DNA of 63,013 bases, the filler included, from Reticulomyxa filosa (lineage: Eukaryota; Protista; Foraminifera), in assembly GCA_000512085.1 (NCBI GenBank). It is 22 parts of 22 records of this genome, joined end to end, with 100 filler letters (N's around TTAATTAATTAA, not from the genome) between each part and the next. Parts side by side here need not be neighbours in the genome. Positions count along the whole stretch, not along the records: positions 51,259 to 54,059 come from ASPP01021999.1; positions 54,160 to 63,013 come from ASPP01012100.1; 20 more parts are not named here. One strand, written 5' to 3'. The notes under the pieces were generated by a model, which was given only the letters and a program-made list of their open reading frames with translations, did no database searches and was not told where the DNA came from. The position numbers and the translations under genes are program-made. Below, piece after piece: positions 51,708 through 63,013 of the stretch. How positions within the stretch are numbered: position 1 is the stretch's first letter; each line of letters starts with the position of its first letter.

Positions 51708-52927
51708 ATGAGCGACCAAATCTTTCAAAATTTGAAGGAGTTTCCCATTCTGCTTGATGAATCTCAATGTGTGCCACACAAACATGAAATCCTCATTTGT
51801 GGAGGTTACAATCAAAGAGTTTGTTATTCTTATCATACACTCAAAAATGAATACAAGCTTATCTGTGAGTATCCAAGTGACGCTGAATTAAATGGACACT
51901 GTGTAGTGAAACTAGTAAATAAAGATAATAACAACAAAGACAGTAATAGTATTACTTTGTTGTCTTTTGGCGGATCTAACTTTAGGAAAAGACATACACT
52001 TGTGATGGAATATGTAAGTGTTTGGGGTAATGTATCAAATGAATTAAACAAATACAATCAATGGGTTCCTTTCACAGACGAGCACAATCTTCCAATTATC
52101 ATTGGAAAATATGAAGGTCACAACTATCATGGAGCGCGTGCAGTGATTGATGAAGTCACAATCATTTGTTATTTATCACTTATTATCCAAGCAATATTAG
52201 CGTGTTTAATTTAAATACATTTCAATTTATTAAACATGATACTTTACCAAATTGTGATATATGTTATCATTGCTTTGTATCAAAGCCAGAAAACGAACAA
52301 GGACAAAAAATAACGAAGACAAATCAAGGAAAAAATAAACGAGATTATCAAATGTTTTTGTTTTGTAGAAATACAGGGTTATTAATTGAATATGATAAGA
52401 ATATCAACATCTTTCAATTTCATCAACGATCTGTTTGTAGGTCTATTGCACCATTATTTAAATATGCATATGTGTGTGTCAATGATGCCATCTTATTCTT
52501 TGGTGGATTTCATTATCCTAATGCTTCAAAAGCAGTGCACAAGTATTCAATTCGAGAAAATAAATGGATGGCATTTGAAAACGCTTTACCTAGTCCATTA
52601 TATTATTGTGTTGCAATACTTAATGAAGAAAACAATCATATACATATCATTGGAGGAAAAGATGATAAAATGACAACAGTATCAACCCACATGGAGACTA
52701 AAGTGTATTTATGGGATCCTTTACAGTTGGTAATGATCTGTTTATTTATTATTTATTTATTTTGATGAAACACAAGTAAATTTCATGCAACTGATTGGCA
52801 AATAATACATAATGAATAGTCAAAACATGAAATAAAAATTATTAATCAATATTGGATTCGAATTTTAGATCTAAAATTAGGATGGATAGATGATTTTAAC
52901 AAATTTATTTTCAAATACTGTAGATAA
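51708..52927 (+). pseudogene. Kelch-like beta-propeller family member with one frameshift
   Basis: SQCVPHKHEILICGG..CYSYHTLKNEYKLICEYP..GHCVVKL; 1-nt deletion near 52150 in the VI(GG)SHNHLLF motif; intron 52730-52819; last exon YWIRILDLKLGWIDDFNK. Confidence 0.85.
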
Positions 52928-54928
52928 AACAAATTTGCACAATTAAAATATCTGTTACCATTCTATCTTAAATTTGTTTTGATTCTAATTTTTATTTCAT
53001 AATTATGAAATTTACAATTTTTTTGCAGTCAATTTTTTATCTTCATTACTACTCGTCCAAAAGTTGTACCATGATGCTTTCTTTGATAAAAGTAATCAAT
53101 TTGCGTAGATAACAGAGAGGGTAATAATAAAAATGTATTTTCATACAATAAGACATTGTTCAGCGATATAACACATTACTTTTAAATGTTTGTTTATTAT
53201 TCTTTAGACTTTCTAGTTGATATTTTATACAAAGTTAGTTTTCAAACAGTAATTTTAAAATATTTATTTCACAGAAATCATTCAAGCTCTACTGTATCTC
53301 ATAATAATTTATCAAAATCATCGATCCATCTTACTTTTATCTTTAAAATTCGAATCCAATATTTAATAATAAACTTTATTTCACTTTTTGACTGCTCATT
53401 ATTATTTGTTAATCAGTTTCATAAAATAAAATATATTTACGTTTTATCACATAATAAATAATTACCAATTGTGAAGGTAAAAAAATTGGAGTAGAACAAA
53501 GAACTTTTTTCAAGTTTTTTTTGTTTCATTTAACTATTAAGTGTCAACTATTAACTACTAACTAAACAAAAGAATATCTTTCAAAACTTTTGTTTCCTTG
53601 AAAAAGAGCTACCTTGAGTTGACATTTGCTTAGAGCGCAAAAAGATTGGAAAAAAACGGTAAGATAATTGATACTATCAATACATGCAATAATAAAACAA
53701 GGAATTTCATATTCCATTTTAAAATGACTGATATATTATTTCATTGAAAAGTTTTGTTTGAAGATCTTTTATTAAAAGACCATTTGATTAAATTATTTAA
53801 TTTGATTTTGGCCAATCAAATTAGAGAATTGCAAAATACAAGATGAAATAGAATGCTCACGGAACAAAATAAACAAATAAATCAATTTTGAATATTTTTA
53901 ATTGGATATTATCTATAAATTTTGTATGGAAAAATGTATTTCTTTTTTAAAAAGAGTATGACCACGTATACTTGTAACTCCTCCAAAAAAGATATTTTGT
54001 ATTGAATTCTATTTGCACAAGTAAAAAAAAACATCAAATTATTCCACCACGTTCATCTTNNNNNNNNNNNNNNNNNNNNNNNNNNNNNNNNNNNNNNNNN
54101 NNNTTAATTAATTAANNNNNNNNNNNNNNNNNNNNNNNNNNNNNNNNNNNNNNNNNNNNCGTCCCCCCCCCCCCCCCCCCCTCTTCCCCCCATACCCACT
54201 CATTTATCTCGAAATAGATCTCGCTTGGGATGTTCCATCTGGATCAGACCTGAATTTGACGGAATGGTAATTAGCATTCCAGTGTCTATGTATCAACCTT
54301 ATGGAGCAGTCCGTCATTGGGACTAAAAAATTTGCTTTTGGTGCTTGCGGCTTCAAAGAGAGGGCAGCTTTTTCCCCCCTTTTTTTCACTCGTTTGTGTC
54401 TTTGCACAACACAAGAGAGACACAACACAAAAAAAAATGAACGATCACGCAAGATTCTGCTTTTTTTACGTGTTTTGTGAATACCACCAATCCAAATGTG
54501 TGGGTCCTCGTTTAATCTTTTTTCACTCCTTCCCCTTCAAACTCCAACCAAAGCATATTTTTTGTTTATTGGAAATTGCAACTCGCCAAAAATTGAAAAA
54601 AACAGTTTTTGGGTAAGTAAAGAAAGATAATTCAAAGCATTAGTTTAACATAATTAAGTTAAATTGCAATCCCCCTTATAAAATGTTTTATTGATAAGAT
54701 CTCGTTTTATTTATTTTTTCAGGCCGTGGTTAGTTAAAGGGGCCTACATAAAAATTCTTTTGTCATGTCGTCATTGTTCGATCTGCAAGACCCTGATATT
54801 CTTCTCAAATTTATAGTCTGCATTCTATTCGTTGTTTGTTTCTTGTTTTTCACGTTTCTCGTTTGGAGCCAAGGCGAAGAGAGATCACCTTTTCAAGTGA
54901 AATACAATCCACCTAATCGAAAGAAAGA

Positions 54929-56287
54929 ATGAACCGAAGACGAATTTACCTTGTGATTATGCTGATTGGTGGAGGTGTATTTTTTTCACGTAAAATAAAA
55001 AATTTCTTATCACTTTCGAACATTCGAAACGTGTGGAATCAGCCATTTGTTTCGGGGCAACTAACAGCCAAGAAAATAATGTGCGTCTTCGCGTTGTGTT
55101 ATGTAGTGTGGATATTTACCTTTGGCCGAAACGCAAGTCGTATCTCCAATCAAAAAAACAAAGACATTCTAAATTGGCCGTTGATCCGAAAGCCAGCCGA
55201 TTACCTCAAACATGAATATTTTCCTGCAAGTTTGTTGTTTTTTTTAAAAAAAAAAAGCAAACAATATCAACACGACAATTTTCATTGGGGATAACAACAA
55301 TATATGCAAGAAAAAAAAAAGGGGGGCAAGATGGAACGAGGAAAATAAACAAACGAATTTTTTTTTTTTTTACAAAAAAAAAAAAAAAAAAGTATTAATG
55401 CGAGACTACGAAGAAGGGCAGCTGGATCCGAATCGAAAGTATATAATATTATTGCACCCTCACGGAATAATATCAGTTGGAGGGATATTGCATTTCATGG
55501 CAAGCGATGCATTCCCTGAACTGGATTATCGGATTGTTACGATATCTTTCAACTTTTTTGTGCCATTGGTGCGCGAGCTATTTTTGATGATTGGTTTGGC
55601 TGACGCTTCACAAGGGACAATTCGAAGCTTACTACAAAGAAATATCAGCGTTTCGTTTCTTTTTGTTTTGTTTTGTTGTTTTGAGAGTACGAGGTTCATT
55701 TTCAAGACAAAATTTAGACATAACATTATATATATATGTGTGTACATACATGTAGATATCTGTCATTTATACGTAATGAATAATAATAGGTGGCAATCGT
55801 AGTTGGAGGTGCGCAAGAAGCTCTAGACGCGCGGCCAAAGACAAATGAACTGACGTTGGCAACACGTGTTGGCTTTGCACAAGTTGCTCTGGAAGAGGGC
55901 ACAGATATCATTCCTGTCTTCACTTTTGGAGAAAATGATTTATTTGATCCTTTGTTCAGTACTTCTCAAGGCTCTTGGCTTCGAACTCTCAATGAAAACT
56001 TGTTCAAAAGGATACTCACGTTTGTAGTGCCCTTGATAAATCCCATTCCTAAACGAAGACCCATTCACACAATCATTGGAAAACCTATTCCTGTCACACA
56101 AATCAAAAATGCCTCTTTGGAAGACATTTTAGAGTTACACTATCGCTATGTCAATAGCTTGCAAGACCTGTATGATCGATACAAACATTTGTATCCACAA
56201 GGAGATGGTGATTTAAAAATCATTGATAAAGTCACAACTAAAGACATTCAGAAATGGAGAAATCGATCTCGTTCTTCTAAACTTTGA
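54929..56287 (+). CDS. DGAT2: Diacylglycerol/monoacylglycerol acyltransferase, DGAT2 family, 3 exons
   Basis: YFP, HPHG, GGAQEAL and R.GF..AL..G..IIPVFTFGEND motifs. Introns 55230-55392 and 55650-55789. Confidence 0.93.
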
Positions 56288-57119
56288 ACACACCTGTAAA
56301 AAATTTACTTTTCTTTTCTTTACGATTTTAATCATTCTCGATATCCTGCAAGAGCTGTCTCGAACTTTTTTATCAACAATTTTTTAGTTTCACGATTTTG
56401 ATTTGAAACAAATTTTTTTAAAATTAGAGAAATAAACAAAAGTATTGTTTTTAACTTTCTGACTTTGGTCTTACTATGGATTCACTTTTTCCTGCTTTTC
56501 ATCTTGGATTGAACTTTCTAAAATAAAATAAAGGTTAAAATCCTTTATTTTATTTTAGAGTTTTGCAAGGAGAAAACCTTTTCTTTAACTTTCTTCCAAT
56601 GTTTGTTCTGCTCCTTGTTCTATTTTTTTGTCTTTTCTTTTGTTCAATTCACTTTGCTTTTTTATTGAAATACTTCAATTGAATACCTTTCGTATTACAC
56701 TTTATCGTGTAAACCAACAGACATTTCCACAGCATTTAAAAAAATACAAAGATCCTTTATCTCATCACTTACACTTAAAAACTTTATCATTCGAGAGTTT
56801 ACTTGTTGGAACTAGCCAAATTTATATATCTGTGTTTTGTTTTAACGGTAAGGTTTTTTTCTTTTTCAACGTGTTTTTTTTGTTTGAAGAGCATGAAAAA
56901 CTTTTATTGCCCGACCAATAAATTTCTTGAGTTTTGAGTCCACTTTTTTTTTTGTAACAAGTACAGCAACTAGTAAGCAAACCAACGATTGGAAATCTGA
57001 TACTTTGATACTTGCAATATAACAGCAGTTTAAAAGAATAAATGTTGATTTGGAAGTTATTATTTTGATGAAAAAGAAAATTATTTCCACACAAACACAA
57101 CATGTGATTTCCCTTTGAC

Positions 57120-58028
57120 ATAGCAAAGACTTTGTTCATGCGTGATTTTGTCGGCAAGAGCTTGATCTACAATTTCTTCTGTAACTTCTGCATCCGTAAC
57201 TTGAGTAGAACAATTCAGCGGGCCAATTTTATATTTGCCAAATGAGCATGTCCACGTATATGGACGAGGGTCATTGGCATCGTTACGTGTTTGATCAGAT
57301 GTTTGTCTTTTAACCGAAAAGTCAATGGCACCTACTAAATTGCGTCCTATCAATCCGGATAGTCTGCCGTCACAAACCACAATTCTTTTTGCAGACTGAC
57401 TTTTGACTGATATTTTGTGATCATTTGTTGCACGAGTTTTGGATTGACGAATACTTGACAAATTCATGTTTTCATCAAATTCATATATTTTCGAGTTTGG
57501 TGACTGTGACCTACGTTATATCATTTTGTTCCATGCAACAATAAAGTAGAGGGTTTTAAGGATGCACGTATATATTTATACACATACACACATATGTATG
57601 TATATACCAACTATTGTCCCATTCAATAATGGAGTCATTGCTACAATTGACAATATCAATAACAATGTAATTCGAAGATCTGTTTTCGATTTCAAATTAT
57701 AAGAGTTCAAAATACAAAGGACAGGCAACAAAAAAAAAACATCACAAAACTTGGCAATTTCGGAATAACCTTCAACTTTCTGCTGACTTTCCAAATGAGA
57801 TTTTGTGAGAATATCTTCCACTAATGTGGTAATATCTTCTGCTCTTACAATTTTGTACTGCATTGCTCTCAATACAATATTTGTTAACATTGCGCTTGAA
57901 ATAAAAATGGTTGGAATTTTCCTTTGTTGATGTATATTAAAATATGTAAACCAGCGCAATCTGTCGTTCCAACTAACATTTGAAGAGAAATGATAAAGTC
58001 TTCTGAAGCCTTTCGAAAAAAATGCCAT
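57120..58028 (-). CDS. Hypothetical protein with mitochondrial-presequence-like N-terminus; at least 3 exons, 3' end unresolved
   Basis: Exons 58028-57751, 57679-57608 and 57510-57120 join in frame through GT-AG introns. N-terminus MAFFSKGFRRLYHFSS is basic and lacks acidic residues. Confidence 0.55.
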
Positions 58029-58478
58029 TTTCCAAGATCACAATTAGAAGTGTCTTTTTAATATATAGGTACTTAAAATTTTGAAGAAAGTAGATCGATG
58101 AATGTACTTTATTTGAGGGTAACGTCTTTAAGGAGAAACCCTTGAACAACGAAGCTGTAAAGTAAAACGCAAATAATTGACAAGAAAATTTCTCTTTGAT
58201 AACATAAGAAGTGTAATGCTTTCGCTTATCTTATTTCAAATGTGGTAAATGATTTTTGTGATATTTGCATAATCATTCACCGAAAGTATTAAACATATAT
58301 TTTTGATTGATATTTTTGTCCAACTTACATTGTATGGAATTTGAGTTAAAACAAGATTGGCATAAGGAAATACCAAAAATGTACCGAGTAGGAAACAAAA
58401 TTCGTGTGTAAAGGGAGTTAGAAAGTTAAAAAAGAATTTTTAATAAAAGAAAAGATAATAAAAAACTTAAAAGGAAGA

Positions 58479-61400
58479 ATGGCTCGATACTTTTATGCTT
58501 TGTTGAGCTGTTTGAGTTTGTGTTGTTTATTGTATTCAGTGTTGTATGTGACCAGACTTCTGCCTTCAAGTACATGTTCAATGTCTTGGTCTCGTCCCCA
58601 GTACACATTGATAACATCTATTGATAATTCTTCAAATATTGGAAGGGATATGTTATATCCTTCTGGATATAATGTATATAAATATGTTGAAGGAAAAAAA
58701 TTCAGACAAGAAGGAAAAAATAAAAAAACATTGAAAGTGATATTTGTTCCAGGTCATAGTGGAAGTTATCAACAAATAAGAAGTATAGCATCCCGTTTAG
58801 AAAGTAATAGCAATAATAATAATAATAATAACATCAATTATGAATTTTATACATTTAATTTTGGTGAAGAATATAGTGGATTATCTCCAGGAATATTATT
58901 AAGAGAAAGTGAATTTATATATAAAGAATTGAAAACAAATAAAATGATAATAACAAATAACAAAGAAAATAAAAATATAATATTAATTGGTCATTCAATG
59001 GGTGGAATAGTTGTATTATCTTTGATTGAAAAATGTATGATAATGGCAATGAAAAATAATTCATTTGAACAACATTTATTACAAAATATTCGTGGTGTTA
59101 TTTTAACATCAACACCAATTATACGACCAGTATTTACATTTCAAAATGAATGGAATAAATGGTATAAAATGCATTTATTACCAATGTTATCATCACCATC
59201 ATCATTATTATTATCATCAATATCATCAAAAAATATTACTATGAATTATATTTTATCAATTTCTGGAAGTGTTAATGATTTTATGATTGAACCAATGTTA
59301 TCATATTACAAACATAAAAAAACAAAGAATAATAGTATTTTTCCTTTTTCTTTTTTTCATTCATTATTATCCACTCAATGTAATACTATAAATCGTCCTA
59401 TTGATCATCAAGCAACAATATGGTGTCATGATTTAGTTGAAGTAATTGCATATATTATTCAAGCTGAATTTTTATCTGATTCACAATATTCTTTTCAAGC
59501 TCTTAAACAAGATTTGGGATATCAATATTACAAACCAATATGGAGTAATTTTATTGATCAACAAAAGAGTTGGGATCATAATGATTGGAATATTGATAAA
59601 AAATATAATTGGGTTAATACTATAATTGATTGGAATAACAATAATAAAAATAAAAATAAAAATAATGAATATGATAAAATGAAACAACAAATTTATGGAT
59701 CAAGTACTGTAAAAGATGTTCAACTTTATAGATATAAACCTAATGAAGATACAAGTTAAATAAATATATAAACAAATTATATATAAATATATTAATATTT
59801 ATTTATTATTTTTGTATTGTTTTTGTAAAATTAGAAATAGTATTAATTTGTAATACTCCAATAACCTTCCTTGAAATTTGTGATGAAACACAATCTATTC
59901 CTTGTACCAATTATTTAAATAATAATATGATGTCCAATAATATTCCTGTATTTTTACATTATAATTTTGTATCAAAATTACAAAATATGCATCAAAGTAT
60001 TATTCCTCGTTCAATAATAATGGTATCTACAAATAAAATATTAGAATTACAGGAAAGTAAATCTTCTCATTATTCTTTATTACAATTTGATGTTATGCAT
60101 ATAAATAATTCATTATTGGATTTTTCTTCCAAATGTACTTTATGGCAAGGTTTACCAATGTATTTTAATTTAACATCAATACATGGTAGTCATTCATGGT
60201 ATACAAAAATACCAATATTATCAGGAATGATATCAAATGAAAATCAACCTATTGAATTATCTGGACATATGTTTAATGCATTACAAATAACAATAAATCC
60301 AATAAAAAACAATATAAATAATAATTCTATTAATTCAAATTATATTTGTATTAATGGTTTTTCTGGTTCACAAATCGCTCCAATGAATGGTATTTATCAA
60401 CGTATTAATAATGATAATAATACTTCATTTTATTTTATTCAACATTTATCATATTGGTATTCTCCAAAATGGAATTTTAAAGATTTAACAAATTCAAATA
60501 AATTATATTTATATCGTTTTCAAAATAATTCTGAAGATATATGGGTATTTGGTACAAAACTTAATTCAAATATGTTTACAGCTTATTGTGAAGAAAGCAA
60601 TTTAAATTCACCAAATGATTGTAAATATTGGAGTGTATATGAAAATACTTATGGAGGATGGTTTCGTTTTAAAAATTCAATATTTATGCAATATTGTTAT
60701 CCAAATGATTTATCATTATTAAGAATAATGACAAAAGATAATTGGTTTGATTCTTGGTTTTTTATTTCATCTATTCAATCTACAACACATACATTACTTA
60801 TTCCACGAAATGGTAAGCATTATTTAAAGATTATTTTACAATTATATCCAGAAAGTAATATTAATAATATTAATGAAATTGATATTCATTTACAACATCT
60901 TACTTTTCCATCTATTTTTCAAACTATTGTTCATGATTTTAATGATATTTTATATATTATACAATTTTTATTTTGTTTTACCCTTATACAATACATTTTT
61001 AATAATAACAATAATACTTTATCATTTTTTAATGGCTTTTCAATGGTTATTACACCCATAATTGGAATTCTTTGGTTTTTATTTTGGAATAATAATTTTA
61101 TACAAAGTGATATTGGTTTACATTGTCAACATTTATTTTGGTTATTTACGTCACAAAATAATATTGTATCTTGGATTAAATATCTACAATTATCACTCAT
61201 CTTTTTATACTTTTGGAGTGTGCAATGCTTTCTTACTATCATTTTTTCTGTTTTTCATCTTTTTATTCATTCTTCTTTTCTTCTTTTCTTTTTTAAACAT
61301 ACCTTCTTTTCTTATCTTTTTGATTTTTTGTGTATTATTACTATTATCGTTATTCGTTTTTATCAGTCTGTATCTATCCAATATTATGGTATTATCAATA

Positions 61401-61831
61401 TATCCATATGCGTTATTTTGATATTCAAGTATTGGTATTACCAAAGTAATAATCATAATAATCATCGTCCTTCATCCAATATTATTATGTTAGAACATTC
61501 TTATCTCATATTCTTACTTCTCACTCATTGGGATTTGTGCTTTTCTATTCCTCATTTTATTCATATTTCCTCCATTTCATTCAATCAACGTGATCTCGAA
61601 CTTTTGATTATTTTCTTCATTTTATTTTTCAGTTCTTATGGTTATTCTGTCTTTCAATTATCTCAAAGTCATTCCAAAATCCGATTTTTCTTATTTTTCT
61701 CCTTCCTCATTCTCAATATTATCTTCAGATCCAACAGCCATATATTTATGTTACTCTGTTGGCATTTCATAAAGATTTGTGTTATCATTTTGTCTCCATG
61801 CTTTTCCGGACCTAAAGTTAAAAGTGAGTGA
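58479..61831 (+). CDS. PGAP1: GPI inositol-deacylase (PGAP1/Bst1), 2 exons
   Basis: N-terminal TM then CSMSWSRPQY; FVPGHSGSYQQIRS; nucleophile elbow GHSMGG; DHQATIWC; multi-TM C-terminus ending KVKSE. Intron 59755-59834. Confidence 0.92.
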
Positions 61832-62336
61832 AACATTCCATATTTTTTCGGTTATGCTTGCTTGTAATTTGAATTTATTCGAAGAGGAGATTTCAATAAT
61901 ACATGGTAATGGATTATGAATTTTAGTAACAAAAAAACAGCATATAAATTTTTTCCTTCAAGTGAATTTGAAACTCCCTACTTGATTCTTGATTGTAAAT
62001 CATTTTTTCTTGAAAGACTATTTTCTTAAAATTCTAAACAAAGTTTTCTATGCGTTCATTCTAACTATTCCCTTGCGATCTGAACTGTATATCCTAGGAA
62101 ATGATAACATTAAACAAACAGTCAAGTATCCTATTATCTTTTGAATACTTTTTATTGTAGACAACTTCTGTCACTGAAAGCAAACATCGAGTAATAACAT
62201 ATAAAAAGGAAAAATGTAAAATCTCATATGTCAAAGATATAAAAAAAAAAATCAAATAAAAATAGAAAAAAAGGGGTTTGTTCGAAGTGGTGTTGGGGAT
62301 TTGTCTTGTTCAAAAAAAAAGCTCGACACTGTTGGC

Positions 62337-62958
62337 ATGGACCTAGTTGAAGATTTAGATATTGGTGGGAATCTCAAGTTAGAATTCAAAGACAATGAGA
62401 ATGCACGTAATGGAATCCCGAGTGAATATGTTTTGAAATAAACTAGCTTTTGAAGAAAAGAGCGGGATCACCAATAGCAGACACAAATAAATAAACAAAT
62501 AAAAATAGACAGCACAAAAAAGAAAAAGGAAGTGGAACCAAACGCATCAAATTGGGACAAGCACAACATTCCAAAAGCAAAGCGATTGGAAAGTAAGTTT
62601 GCAGACCGACTATTTTTAGGAGATATCCGTGACAACAAGGGCGAGAAGTTTGGTTCAATGCAAACGAAAATGCGTCGTTTCATAAATGAGACGCAGCACC
62701 AACTCCACGAAAGCGCCAAAATTCGAACCAAAGATAAGAAAGACCGCGCAACAACGGAGTTGGTGTTGGACGAGAGGACAAAAGTGGTGCTGTATTCCAT
62801 GTTGAATATGCACGTCATTGATGCCATTTGCGGATGCATTTCCACGGGCAAAGAGGCCAACGTTTACTACGCTTATGATATCGGTGGACAAGAATTCGCC
62901 ATCAAAATTTATAAAACGTCAATTTTGAAGTTCAAAGATCGTTCCAAATATGTCACAG
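62337..62958 (+). CDS. RIOK1: RIO1 atypical kinase, 5' part, runs off the window; not in the ORF track
   Basis: [17 protein letters not shown]; [14 protein letters not shown]; [21 protein letters not shown]. Intron 62407-62508; start codon uncertain. Confidence 0.93.
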
Positions 62959-63013
62959 GTTTGTTTAGTTCCAAGTTACATATGACATATACACATATGC
63001 ATATACATATATG

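Noticed and set aside
6470-54159. TTAATTAATTAA repeated 21 times, as a possible CRISPR-like or biological repeat
   Set aside because: It is always centred in exactly 44+44 Ns, so it is an artificial six-frame-stop linker. ORFs ending X..LIN are artefacts.
55226-55231. GCAAGT as a third GC donor, in DGAT2
   Set aside because: The GT at 55230 has the phase required by the acceptor at 55392.
54929-61831. DGAT2 and PGAP1 as a lipid-metabolism gene cluster
   Set aside because: They act in different pathways and are separated by an unrelated gene; proximity in a gene-dense contig is enough to explain it.
1-63013. tRNA, rRNA, CRISPR arrays, prokaryotic operons or defence systems
   Set aside because: None recognised by eye; the content is spliced eukaryotic genes. 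A covariance-model scan would be needed to exclude small RNAs.

Overview
AT-rich eukaryotic draft-genome DNA, not one chromosome segment. It is 22 short contigs joined by 21 identical artificial 100-nt linkers (N44-TTAATTAATTAA-N44), so adjacency across a linker means nothing. Gene content and two copies of a distinctive kelch-like family suggest a foraminiferan such as Reticulomyxa filosa (inference, not searched). Recognisable spliced genes: cAMP-receptor-like GPCR, snurportin-1 with a polyQ insert, enlarged ATP synthase subunit g, HPRT, CYFIP/Sra1, a RanBD-like plus RanBP2-type zinc-finger protein, kinesin-1, a UBR-box protein, DGAT2, PGAP1 and RIO1. Also present: fragments of MYG1, VPS35 and a histidine phosphatase, a LINE reverse-transcriptase relic and Tc1/mariner ends. 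The most notable pattern is intron architecture: A-rich 3' ends instead of polypyrimidine tracts, complementary U/C-rich and A/G-rich arms, frequent GTT and GTTRAGT donors, and two consecutive GC-AG introns. A hairpin-dense non-coding island at about 670-990 is unexplained. All homology calls are from remembered motifs; no searches were run.
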